Source of the DNA: Erythrobacteraceae bacterium
Lineage (GTDB): Bacteria > Pseudomonadota > Alphaproteobacteria > Sphingomonadales > Sphingomonadaceae
NCBI GenBank assembly: GCA_031411075.1
Contig: JANOAH010000180.1
Span: forward strand, 1 to 44,054
DNA: 44,054 nt
Reading direction: 5' to 3'
The notes under the pieces are model-generated. The model was not told the DNA's origin and ran no database searches. It was given only the letters and a program-made list of their open reading frames with translations. Made by a program: the position numbers and the translations under genes. This document shows, piece after piece, positions 20,498 through 29,197 of this stretch (the first letter of the stretch is position 1; each line of letters begins with the position of its first letter).

Positions 20498-21154
20498 TCA
20501 GCGGCCGCGCGAAAGACCGCGGTCGAGGCGCCGCTGCGGCCGCTCGTCGGCCCCGATCGTGCCATCCTTGTCGGCATCGATCCGGTCGAACCGGGCCAGC
20601 GCGGCGGCGGAAAATTCGGCCTGGCTGATCGCGCCGTCGCTGTCGCTGTCGGCAGCCCGCATCAGGCCCGGCGCGCCGCGACCCAGACGCGGGCCATCGG
20701 GGCCGCCACGGTCGAAGCGCGGGCCTTCGCCGCGCCGCATGTTGCGGCGGGCCAAGCGGGGGCCTTCGCGCCCCGGGCCTTCGCCACGCAACTCGAGGCG
20801 CCGGTCGGCGCGGGCGGCAAATTCCTCGCGGCTGATGCCGCCGCTGCGATCGGTATCGATGCGGTCGAACATCTGCTGGCGGCGCGCCTCGCGGTCGGCC
20901 GGATTGAGCTGGCCATCGTCGTTCGCGTCGAGCCGGTTGAAACGGCGATCCTGCCGCGCATCGCGCCGGGCACCGCGATCGGCAGGATCGAGCTTGCCGT
21001 CATGGTTGGCATCGAGCCGGGCAAACGCGGCGGCGCTGCGTTCGGCCACCTGAGCGCGATTCGGCGCCTGGAGGGCGGCGTCCTGCGCGATGGCGGCGCT
21101 ACCGAAGCCGGCCAACGCAACGGCGGCCAGCGCGAGAGTGAGGGTCCTGGTCAT
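20498..21154 (-). CDS. Exported EF-hand repeat protein
   Basis: GGAGA RBS; signal peptide; five DxD/NxDG-like loops (DANHDG, DANDDG, DTDRSG, DSDSDG, DADKDG) with an Arg/Gly-rich linker. Confidence 0.9.
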   Translation of the reverse strand: MTRTLTLALAAVALAGFGSAAIAQDAALQAPNRAQVAERSAAAFARLDANHDGKLDPADRGARRDARQDRRFNRLDANDDGQLNPADREARRQQMFDRIDTDRSGGISREEFAARADRRLELRGEGPGREGPRLARRNMRRGEGPRFDRGGPDGPRLGRGAPGLMRAADSDSDGAISQAEFSAAALARFDRIDADKDGTIGADERPQRRLDRGLSRGR

Positions 21155-21182
21155 CGGCAAGTCTCCCAATGAGAGGTGTAGA

Positions 21183-21233
21183 GCAACGAAACGCCGTCCT
21201 GAAGGGGGAGGAAGGGATCCGGCGCCTCGCTGC
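21183..21233 (-). promoter_or_regulatory. Leader hairpin with CU-rich anti-Shine-Dalgarno-like loop
   Basis: Minus strand GCAGCGAGGCGCCG pairs with CGGCGUUUCGUUGC (14 bp including G-U pairs), enclosing CCCUUCCUCCCCCUU; ends 28 nt upstream of the EF-hand ATG. Confidence 0.55.
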
Positions 21234-21260
21234 CCATGACTTGGGCTTCTAGACCGGCAA

Positions 21261-21308
21261 TGTCGCGTGAGTTTGCCGCATGCGGGCAAAAGTGTCGCAA
21301 TTTGTCGT
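21261..21308 (-). promoter_or_regulatory. Putative response-regulator binding repeats
   Basis: TGTCGC-like hexamers at 21261, 21274, 21293 and 21303 (last pair 10 bp apart), upstream of an operon encoding an OmpR-family regulator. Confidence 0.5.
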
Positions 21309-21320
21309 CGGGCGACCTGG

Positions 21321-21725
21321 TCAGCGCGCACGGCCTTCGGTGCCGACGCCACAGGTGATGAAGAACCCGGTGGCATGATCGGGCACGTCGGCGGTGTGCC
21401 ACACGCCGGGCGGATTGATCGCGTATTCGCCGGGGCCGAGCACGGTGCGCACCTCGCCGCCGCCAATCTCCTGGATCAGCGTCATCGCCCCGTCGACGCA
21501 GACCACCACCTCGGCCCCGGCGGGGTGCATTTCCCACCCGGCCCAGTCCTCGGTGAAGCGGAAGCACGAGACCAGCCGGCCTTCGGTCCCGTCGGCGGCG
21601 TGGCGCGCGCCATAGTCCATGTACCACCGCATCGCCCGCTCATCGCGGGGGAATTCGGGCTGCGGCACCGCGCTGCCGGCGGCGCCGAGATGGATCGGAT
21701 GGGTTTCGAGATTGCGCGCGGTCAT
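21321..21725 (-). CDS. Cupin-domain protein
   Basis: Cupin motifs 'WEMHPAGAEVVVCVDG' and 'INPPGVWHTA'; ATGA overlap with the pepP stop. Confidence 0.88.
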   Translation of the reverse strand: MTARNLETHPIHLGAAGSAVPQPEFPRDERAMRWYMDYGARHAADGTEGRLVSCFRFTEDWAGWEMHPAGAEVVVCVDGAMTLIQEIGGGEVRTVLGPGEYAINPPGVWHTADVPDHATGFFITCGVGTEGRAR

Positions 21726-23551
21726 AGCGGGGCGCAGGCCTGCTCGAGCCAGGTGAGCGCGTCTCCCTCAAGCTGCGGGGCCAGCACCTCGCGGACGCGG
21801 GCGTGGTAGGCGTTCCACCAGCCGATTTCGGCTTCGCTCAACAGCGCGGGTTCGACCAGCGCGCGGTCGATCGGCGCCAGAGTGAGGGTTTCGAAGCCGA
21901 GCCAGTCGCCCTCGGCGCCGGCGATCTGCCGTTCCTCGACCAGCACAAGGTTCTCGATGCGGATGCCGTAAGCGCCGGTCTTGTAATAGCCGGGCTCGTT
22001 CGACAGGATCATCCCGGGCAACAGTTCCTGTTCGGTTCCGGCCTGTCCACCGCGCGGCTTGGCGATGCGTTGCGGCCCTTCGTGGACCGCGAGGAAGCTG
22101 CCCACCCCGTGGCCGGTGCCGTGGGCGTAGTCGATCCCCGCCTGCCACAACGCCATGCGTGCCAGCGTATCGAGCTGCGAGCCGAGCGTGCCCTTGGGGA
22201 AGGTCTGCAAGGCCAGCCGAATGTGACCGATGAGGACGCGAGTGTAACGGTCCTTGACCTCGGCCGGCGGATCGTCCGGCCCGACCCACACGGTGCGGGT
22301 TATGTCGGTGGTGCCATCGGGGTATTGCCCGCCCGAATCGACCAGGTAGACGCTGTTCGGCTCGAGCGGCCGGTTGGTTTCCTCGCTGACGCGATAGTGT
22401 ACGATCGCCCCGTTGGGTCCGGCGCCGCTGATCGTGTCGAACGACAGATCGCGCAGGCCTGTCCCGAGCGAGTTCGAGGGGTCTCCCGCATCGCGGCGGA
22501 ACTGGTGCAGCCGCTCGGCCGCAGCGATCTCGTCGAGCCCGCCGCCCGGCGCTTCGACCGACAGCCAGTGCATGAACCGCGCCACCGCCGCCCCGTCGCG
22601 CGCCTGAGCGGCGCAGTGGCCGGCCTGCTCGGCGGCATTCTTGATCGCCTTGGGCAAGACCACCGGGTCGGTCAGCGCCACCGGATGCGCGCCCGCCGCT
22701 TCGAGCGCGGCGAAGATCGCCGCCACCGCCCGGTCGGGATCGGCCGCGACCCGCTTGTCCTTGAGCTCGCCCAGCGCGGCGGTGAATTCATCGCGCGGGC
22801 GTATTCGCACCGCGTTGCCGAGCTGCGCGGCGACTTCGGCCGGCACCTTGCCGGGCGCAATGAACCAGTCCGCCGTGCCGTCGGCGTGAGCAATGACATA
22901 AGACAGCGCCACCGGCGTGCGCTCGACATCGGCTCCGCGGATATTGAGCAGCCAGGCGACCGAATCGAGCGCGCTGACGATCGCGGCGTCGAGCCCCTTG
23001 GCCTTGAGCCATTCGCCCACTTGGCCGCGCTTGTCCGCGCTCGAACGCCCGGCCAGCGCCTCGTCCTGCACGAACGCCGGGGCGGCCGAGGGCTCGGGCC
23101 GGTCCTGCCACACCACGTCGATGGGATTGCTGGTTACCGCGACCAGCTCGGCGCCGGCATCCGCGAGCGCCTTGCCGACGCTTTTGGCCCAGCCGCGAGT
23201 GTGCAGCCATGGATCGAACCCGATCCTGGCGCCCTGGCCGGCGTTTTCGGCTAGCCATTGGCCGAGGCTGTCGTCGGGCACCGACATGTAATCGTAAAGC
23301 TTGCCGTCGACCTGGTCGCGCACTTGCAGCGTATAGCGCCCATCGACGAACATCGCGGCCTTGTCCTTGAGCACCGCAGCGGTCCCGGCCGAACCGCCGA
23401 ACCCGGTCAGCCACGCCAGCCGCTGGGCATAGGCGCCGACGTATTCGGACAAGTGCTCGTCGGAAATCGGCACCACGAAGCCGTCGAGCCCTTGGCGTGC
23501 CAGTTCTTTCCTCAACGCATCCAAGCGGGCTTCATGGGTTTGCATCAGCAT
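21722..23551 (-). CDS. pepP: Xaa-Pro aminopeptidase (M24B, aminopeptidase P family)
   Basis: 'WLTGFGGSAG', 'DGRYTLQ', 'DSGGQYPDGTTDITRT', 'HGTGHGVG..L.VHEGP', 'SNEPGYY' and 'GIRIEN'. Confidence 0.95.
   Translation of the reverse strand: MLMQTHEARLDALRKELARQGLDGFVVPISDEHLSEYVGAYAQRLAWLTGFGGSAGTAAVLKDKAAMFVDGRYTLQVRDQVDGKLYDYMSVPDDSLGQWLAENAGQGARIGFDPWLHTRGWAKSVGKALADAGAELVAVTSNPIDVVWQDRPEPSAAPAFVQDEALAGRSSADKRGQVGEWLKAKGLDAAIVSALDSVAWLLNIRGADVERTPVALSYVIAHADGTADWFIAPGKVPAEVAAQLGNAVRIRPRDEFTAALGELKDKRVAADPDRAVAAIFAALEAAGAHPVALTDPVVLPKAIKNAAEQAGHCAAQARDGAAVARFMHWLSVEAPGGGLDEIAAAERLHQFRRDAGDPSNSLGTGLRDLSFDTISGAGPNGAIVHYRVSEETNRPLEPNSVYLVDSGGQYPDGTTDITRTVWVGPDDPPAEVKDRYTRVLIGHIRLALQTFPKGTLGSQLDTLARMALWQAGIDYAHGTGHGVGSFLAVHEGPQRIAKPRGGQAGTEQELLPGMILSNEPGYYKTGAYGIRIENLVLVEERQIAGAEGDWLGFETLTLAPIDRALVEPALLSEAEIGWWNAYHARVREVLAPQLEGDALTWLEQACAPL
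22457..22480. repeat. 24-bp interspersed element, in-frame intragenic copy in pepP
   Basis: GCCTGTCCCGAGCGAGTTCGAGGG; boundaries coincide with pepP codon boundaries and encode PSNSLGTG; 18/24 identical to the reverse complement of 9896-9919. Confidence 0.65.
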
Positions 23552-23588
23552 GGTTGCGGTCCTTTCCCGCCCTCCATAGAGGCGCGGG

Positions 23589-25667
23589 ATGCCTGATTCC
23601 ACTGTTGCGGCACCGCCGCGCGCCGCCAAGCTGCCCTCCGCCGTCACGCACCACGGCATCACGGTGAGCGATGATTACGCCTGGTTGCGCGATCCGGGTT
23701 ATCCGGAGGTCAAGGACGAAGCCGTTCTGGCCCACTTGCGGGCCGAGAATGCGTGGTTCGAGGCGCGCATGGCGCCGCACCAGGATACCATCGACGCGCT
23801 GTTCAAGGAGATGCGCGCGCGGATCAAGGAAGCCGACAAATCGGTGCCGCAGAAGGACGGGCAGTGGCTGTACTGGATCGAGTTCGAGGAAGGCGCCGAG
23901 TACAAAAAGTGGTGGCGCAGGCCGGTTGCAGGCGGCGCGGACGAGCTGATCCTCGACGAGCCGGCACTGGCGGCGGGCAAGGACTATTTCCGCCTCGGCG
24001 CGATCTCGATGTCGAACGACGGGTCGAAGCTCGCCTATTCGGTCGACGACAACGGTTCGGAGCGGTTCACCGCGCGGATCAAGGACCTCGCCACCGGGGA
24101 GCATCTGGCGGACGAGATCCCCGGCACGCTATCGTCGCTGGTGTGGGTCGCGGGCGATACCGGCCTGGTCTACTCGCTCGCCAACGAACAGTGGCGCACC
24201 GACAATGCCCGGTTGCACTGGCTCGGCAAGACGCTCGCCGAGGATGTAGAACTCTATCACGAGGACGACGAAGGCTTCCGCGTCGGCAGCTCGCTGTCGG
24301 CCAACGAACAGTGGCTGATCATCGGCGCCAGCGATCACGAGACCAGCGAAGTGCGGTTGATTCCGGCGGCCGATCCGCTGGTTGCGCCAATCCTGGTGCG
24401 CCCGCGCGAAAAAGGCGTCGAATACGAAGCCGATGAACGCGACGGCACGCTTTATGTCCTCGCCAATGACACCCACGAGAACTTCCGCCTCGCCACCGCG
24501 CCACTGGCTGCACCGGGCGAATGGACCACGATGATCGAAGGGTCGGACGCGTTTTACCTGACCGGAGTCGATCTGTTCCGCGATTTCTACGTGGTCGAAG
24601 GCCGCCAGGCCGGGCTCGATACGATCGAGGTGCGCTATTACGGCGATCCGGGCCGGGTCGAGCCGATTGCCTTTCCCGAAGCGAGCTATACCGCCGGCCT
24701 CGGCGACAATCCCGAATGGGCGATGGAGGTCATCCGCGTCGGCTACCAGTCGATGGTCAGCCCGTCGACGGTGTTCGATTATCACGTCGCCGAACGCCGG
24801 CTCGAGGTGCTCAAGGTCCAGGAAATTCCCTCGGGCTACGACGCCTCGCTTTATACCACCGAACGGCTCGAGGTCGCCGCGCGCGACGGGACGCCAATCC
24901 CGGTCAGCGTGATGTACCGCAAGGATCGCGCGCAGTTGGTTTCGGGCCCAGGCCCGCTCCACCTCTACGGCTACGGCGCCTACGGCATCGCCATCGATCC
25001 CGGCTTTTCGACGACGCGCCTCAGCCTGGTCGACCGCGGCTTCGCCTTCGCCATCGCGCATATCCGCGGCGGGGACGACCTGGGGCGGGCGTGGTATAAG
25101 GCGGGCAAGCTCGAGCGGCGCACCAACACCTTCAACGATTTCGTCGATGTCGCCAACGGCTTGATCGCGCGCGGGCTGACCGAAGCTGGCAAGATCAGCA
25201 TCTCGGGCGGTTCGGCCGGCGGTGAGCTGATGGGGGCGGTGGTCAATTCGGACCCGCACTTGTGGGGCGGGGTGGTGGCGCACGTGCCGTTCGTCGACGT
25301 GCTGGCAACGATGCTCGACGCCAGCCTGCCGCTGACGCCCGGCGAATGGCCCGAATGGGGCAACCCGATCGAGGATGCCGAGGCGTTCGAGCTGATCCGC
25401 AGCTACAGCCCCTACGACAACGTCCGCGCGCAGGCCTATCCGCCGCTCCTGGTCACCGCCGGGCTCAACGACCCGCGTGTGACGTATTGGGAGCCCGCCA
25501 AATGGGTCGCCCGCCTGCGCGAGCTCAAGACCGACGACAACGAGCTGTTGCTCAAGACCAACATGGGCGCGGGCCACGGCGGCAAGTCGGGCCGCTTCGA
25601 AAGCCTCAAGGAAACCGCCGAGGAATTCGCCTTCATCCTGTGGCAGATGGGCGTGGAGGCGGCCTGA
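23589..25667 (+). CDS. ptrB: Oligopeptidase B (S9A)
   Basis: 'DDYAWLRD', 'YGYGAYG', 'HIRGG', nucleophile 'GGSAGG', 'NDPRVTYWEPAKW' and 'GAGHGG'. Confidence 0.95.
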   Translation: MPDSTVAAPPRAAKLPSAVTHHGITVSDDYAWLRDPGYPEVKDEAVLAHLRAENAWFEARMAPHQDTIDALFKEMRARIKEADKSVPQKDGQWLYWIEFEEGAEYKKWWRRPVAGGADELILDEPALAAGKDYFRLGAISMSNDGSKLAYSVDDNGSERFTARIKDLATGEHLADEIPGTLSSLVWVAGDTGLVYSLANEQWRTDNARLHWLGKTLAEDVELYHEDDEGFRVGSSLSANEQWLIIGASDHETSEVRLIPAADPLVAPILVRPREKGVEYEADERDGTLYVLANDTHENFRLATAPLAAPGEWTTMIEGSDAFYLTGVDLFRDFYVVEGRQAGLDTIEVRYYGDPGRVEPIAFPEASYTAGLGDNPEWAMEVIRVGYQSMVSPSTVFDYHVAERRLEVLKVQEIPSGYDASLYTTERLEVAARDGTPIPVSVMYRKDRAQLVSGPGPLHLYGYGAYGIAIDPGFSTTRLSLVDRGFAFAIAHIRGGDDLGRAWYKAGKLERRTNTFNDFVDVANGLIARGLTEAGKISISGGSAGGELMGAVVNSDPHLWGGVVAHVPFVDVLATMLDASLPLTPGEWPEWGNPIEDAEAFELIRSYSPYDNVRAQAYPPLLVTAGLNDPRVTYWEPAKWVARLRELKTDDNELLLKTNMGAGHGGKSGRFESLKETAEEFAFILWQMGVEAA

Positions 25668-26068
25668 TGGCGAACAAGTTCGCCATGACCTTCACCGCGC
25701 TGCCCGAGCACATCGACGAGAACGGGCACGTCAACAACACGGTGTGGCTGAAGTGGATGGAGGACCTCGCCACCACCCACTGGAACCGCGACGCCGATCC
25801 GGCGCACGTCGCCGCTTATGCCTGGTTCGTGCTGCGGCACGAGATCGACTATCGCGGCAATGTCGGGCTGGGCGATGCGGTCCACGCCGAGACGGAGATC
25901 AAGGAAGGCCCGAGCGGGGCGCGGTTCGACCGGCATTTTCGCTTCACCGATGCCGCCGGGCGCGAGCTGGTCCGGGCCAAGACCACCTGGGCGATGATCG
26001 ACCGCGCCAGTGGCAAGCTGTGCCGGGTCCCGGCCGAGGTGAGCGCGCCGTTTCTCATTTCCCCATGA
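25667..26068 (+). CDS. Acyl-CoA thioesterase (hotdog fold, 4HBT-like)
   Basis: 'HIDENGHVNNTVWL' and 'RHEIDY'; TGATG overlap with ptrB. Confidence 0.9.
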   Translation: MANKFAMTFTALPEHIDENGHVNNTVWLKWMEDLATTHWNRDADPAHVAAYAWFVLRHEIDYRGNVGLGDAVHAETEIKEGPSGARFDRHFRFTDAAGRELVRAKTTWAMIDRASGKLCRVPAEVSAPFLISP

Positions 26069-26075
26069 CGGGGGG

Positions 26076-27194
26076 TTACTCCGCGATCGCCTCTTCGATC
26101 GGCAGCACCTTGTAGCCGAGCTCGCTCGCCACCGCCGGATAGGTCACCTGTCCCGCGTGGACGTTGAGGCCGGCGGCGAGGTGCGGGTCGAACCGCATCG
26201 CCTGCTTCCAGCCATGGTCGGCAATCCTCAGCGCGCGCGGCAGGGTGACGTTGTTGAGCGCGTAAGTGCTGGTCCGCGCCACCGCGCCGGGCATATTGGC
26301 GACGCAGTAGTGGACGATCCCGTCGACCAGGTAGGTCGGGTTGTCGTGGGTGGTGGCATGGCTGGTTTCGAAGCATCCGCCCTGGTCGATCGCCACATCG
26401 ACCAGCACCGAGCCGGGCTTCATGCAGGCGAGCATGTCGCGCGTCACCAGCTTGGGCGCGGCGGCGCCCGGCACCAGCACCGCGCCGATCACGAGGTCCG
26501 CCTGGCACACCGCTTCGGCGAGGTTGGCCTGGTTCGAGAACCGCGTCTTGGCGCGGCTTTCGAAATGGATGCCGTTCTTCTCGAGCACTTCGGGATCGCG
26601 GTCGAGAATGGTCACGTCGGCGCCCAGGCCGACCGCCATTTGCGCGGCGTTGAACCCGACCACGCCGCCACCGATCACCACCACCACGCCCGGCATCACC
26701 CCCGGCACGCCGCCGAGCAGTACCCCGCGTCCGCCGTGCGCCTTTTCGAGCGCGGTTGCGCCGGCCTGGATGCTCATCCGGCCCGCCACCTGGCTCATCG
26801 GCTTGAGCAGCGGCAGCGTGTTCCCCGGCCCGGTGACCGTCTCATAGGCGATCGCGGTGACGCCCGAATTGACCAGATCGGCGGTCTGTTCGGGATCGGG
26901 GGCGAGGTGCAGGTAAGTATAGAGGATCTGCCCTTCATGCAGCTGCGCCCGCTCGCTCGCCTGCGGCTCCTTGACCTTCACCACCATCTCGCATGTCGCG
27001 AAAATTGTCTCCGGGCCCTGGACGATCTCCGCCCCGGCGGCGCGATAGCGGTCGTCGGTCTCGCCGATGCCGTTGCCCGCCCCGCTCTCGATCCACACCT
27101 GGTGGCCGTGCTTGACCAGTTCCTTGGCGCTTTCGGGCGTCAGGCCGACGCGGTATTCCTGGTTCTTGATCTCGCGCGGGCAGCCGATCAGCAT
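26076..27194 (-). CDS. ald: Alanine dehydrogenase
   Basis: '[17 protein letters not shown]', 'KVKEP', 'YLHLA', 'PMSQVAGR', 'DVAIDQGGC' and '[10 protein letters not shown]'. Confidence 0.97.
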   Translation of the reverse strand: MLIGCPREIKNQEYRVGLTPESAKELVKHGHQVWIESGAGNGIGETDDRYRAAGAEIVQGPETIFATCEMVVKVKEPQASERAQLHEGQILYTYLHLAPDPEQTADLVNSGVTAIAYETVTGPGNTLPLLKPMSQVAGRMSIQAGATALEKAHGGRGVLLGGVPGVMPGVVVVIGGGVVGFNAAQMAVGLGADVTILDRDPEVLEKNGIHFESRAKTRFSNQANLAEAVCQADLVIGAVLVPGAAAPKLVTRDMLACMKPGSVLVDVAIDQGGCFETSHATTHDNPTYLVDGIVHYCVANMPGAVARTSTYALNNVTLPRALRIADHGWKQAMRFDPHLAAGLNVHAGQVTYPAVASELGYKVLPIEEAIAE

Positions 27195-27250
27195 GGGCGG
27201 TCTCCTTCGGGCGGCTCGTTACAAGTGAAACCGCTTGCGTGCAATCGCGC

Positions 27251-28564
27251 TCAATGCAGCTTCAGGCGCGGGCGGATGATGCGGTTGACGCGGCCGACCG
27301 CCAGCAGCGCCAAGCCCTTCAGCCAACCGTGGATGGCGATCAGGTGCAGGCGATAGAGCGAGGTGTAGACAAACCGCGCCAGCCGTCCTTCGATCGCCAT
27401 TCTTCCGCCGACGAGGTTGCCCATCAGGCTGCCGACGGTCGAAAAGCGGCTCAATGACACCAGCGAGCCGTGGTCGTGATAGACGAAGCGCGCGAGGGGC
27501 TTGCCGGCCATCGCCCGGCCAAGATTGGCGAACACCGTGTTCGCCATCTGGTGCGCCGCCTGCGCCCGCGGCGGCACCGGGCGATCGGAGCCGGGCGGCG
27601 TATACGAGGCGCAATCGCCGAGCGCGAAGACCCGCTCGTCGCGCGTGGTCTGCAAGGTATCGCCCACGACCAGCTGGGCGTTGCGGTTCACTTCCAGGCC
27701 GAGCCGTTCGAGCACCGCGGGAGCCTTGACCCCGGCCGCCCAGACGAGGAGGTCGCCTTCGATGCGTTCGCCGCTGCCCGTCAGGATCGCGTGCGGGACG
27801 ACCTCGGTCACCTTGACCCCGGTCCGCACCGCGACTCCGAGCGCCTCGAGCTCGCTCTTGGCCGCTTCGGCCAATCGCTCGGGCAAGGCCGGCAGGATGC
27901 GCTCGCCCGCCTCGACCAGGGTGATGGCGAGCCGGCTCTCGTCGAACACTTCGAGCCCGTAGTAGCGCAGCGCACCCGCCGCGTTGTAGAGTTCGGCGGC
28001 CAGTTCCACGCCGGTCGCGCCCCCGCCGACAATGACGATGCGGACGTGGGCGTCGCCTGCCGGGTCGGCGCTCATCGAGCGCGATACCCGCAGGCAATGA
28101 TCGAGCAGGCGGTTGCGGAACCGGTCGGCGCCGGCGCGATCGTCGAGGCACAGGCAATGTTCGGCCACGCCCGGGGTCCCGAACGCGTTGGAGACCGAGC
28201 CGATCGCCAGCACCAGCCAGTCGTAGCGGATCGCGTGGCGGCCGATCAGCTCGCTGCCGTCCTCATCGAGCAGCGGCGCCAGCAGCACCTGCCGCTGTTC
28301 CCGATCGATCGTGTCGAGCGCGCCGAGGAAGAAGCGATAGCCCCAGCGGTGGCAATGGCTGCGATAGCCGACCTCGTCGAGATTGGCGTCGAGCGAGCCC
28401 GCGGCGACTTCGTGCAGCAGCGGCTTCCAGATGTGGGTGCGGTTCTTTTCAACGAGGATGATGTCGTGCCGGGCGCGGCCGTATTTCGCGCCGAGCCGGC
28501 GCACCAGCTCGAGCCCGCCGGCTCCGCCGCCGACCACCACGACTTGGGTCTTGCGCTGCGAGAT
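27251..28564 (-). CDS. ndh: Type II NADH dehydrogenase-like FAD oxidoreductase; probable ATC start
   Basis: 'VVVVGGGAGG', 'HIWKPLLHEVAAG', second Rossmann 'GGGATGVELAAEL', 'WAAGV' and 'PPRAQAAHQ'; AAGGAGG lies 7 nt before the in-frame ATC at 28564. Confidence 0.88.
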   Translation of the reverse strand: MSQRKTQVVVVGGGAGGLELVRRLGAKYGRARHDIILVEKNRTHIWKPLLHEVAAGSLDANLDEVGYRSHCHRWGYRFFLGALDTIDREQRQVLLAPLLDEDGSELIGRHAIRYDWLVLAIGSVSNAFGTPGVAEHCLCLDDRAGADRFRNRLLDHCLRVSRSMSADPAGDAHVRIVIVGGGATGVELAAELYNAAGALRYYGLEVFDESRLAITLVEAGERILPALPERLAEAAKSELEALGVAVRTGVKVTEVVPHAILTGSGERIEGDLLVWAAGVKAPAVLERLGLEVNRNAQLVVGDTLQTTRDERVFALGDCASYTPPGSDRPVPPRAQAAHQMANTVFANLGRAMAGKPLARFVYHDHGSLVSLSRFSTVGSLMGNLVGGRMAIEGRLARFVYTSLYRLHLIAIHGWLKGLALLAVGRVNRIIRPRLKLH

Positions 28565-28689
28565 GCCGTTCCCTCCTTCGCGGCGACCGGCTTAGCCCGA
28601 AGGTGCCGCCGGCGCGAGGCAGGACATCACCTTGCGCTCATTCCGGCGCGGTGGCTCACGCTCGGAAAGCCGCATGTTCCGGTAAAGGC

Positions 28690-28714
28690 GGCACAAATTC
28701 CGTCGCGTCGCGTT
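28690..28714 (+). promoter_or_regulatory. Possible EcfG (general stress sigma) promoter
   Basis: GGCAC-N16-CGTT, one mismatch from the GGAAC-N16/17-CGTT consensus, 36 nt upstream of the next ATG. Confidence 0.4.
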
Positions 28715-28750
28715 GAGCCAGCACCACTAACGCAGGGGAAGGAGCCGACA

Positions 28751-29197
28751 ATGGAAGCCACCGAACGCAACGCGGCGCGCTGGGGCACGCTCGGCAAGTA
28801 CAGTTACGCCTGGATCACGCTGGCGTTTTTCACGGTCTCGCTACTGCTGCACTGGTATTTCGGCTGGCGCGCGTTCGAGGATGACGCCCGCATGCATGGC
28901 GAGCAGCCGGAGCTGGGGCAATTCGCCATCGAGGCGGCGCGTGACACTTTCGAAAACTGGCAGTCGGAATTTCTCCAGTTGCTGTGGCAAGTCGTCGGGC
29001 TGGCCTATTTCCTCTATCTCGGCTCGCCGAGCTCGAAGGAAAACGACGACCGGCTCGAAGCCAAGGTCGACGAGCTGCTACGCCAGCAGCTGGGGTCCGG
29101 CGCCGACGCAAGAATCGCCGAGATCGACCGCAATTACCTGCGCCATCACGGGCACGCCCGTCCGCTCGGCAGCTCGGGCGATCCCGTCAGGGATTGA
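28751..29197 (+). CDS. DUF6766-like small membrane protein
   Basis: AAGGAG RBS; two hydrophobic segments; 'DTFENWQSEFLQ' and 'GSPSSKE' resemble DUF6766 (recalled, not searched). Confidence 0.75.
   Translation: MEATERNAARWGTLGKYSYAWITLAFFTVSLLLHWYFGWRAFEDDARMHGEQPELGQFAIEAARDTFENWQSEFLQLLWQVVGLAYFLYLGSPSSKENDDRLEAKVDELLRQQLGSGADARIAEIDRNYLRHHGHARPLGSSGDPVRD

Noticed and set aside
24919-24960. Possible short insertion in ptrB ('RAQLVSGPGP') as another copy of the 24-bp element
   Set aside because: No sequence similarity to the element; probably an ordinary variable loop.
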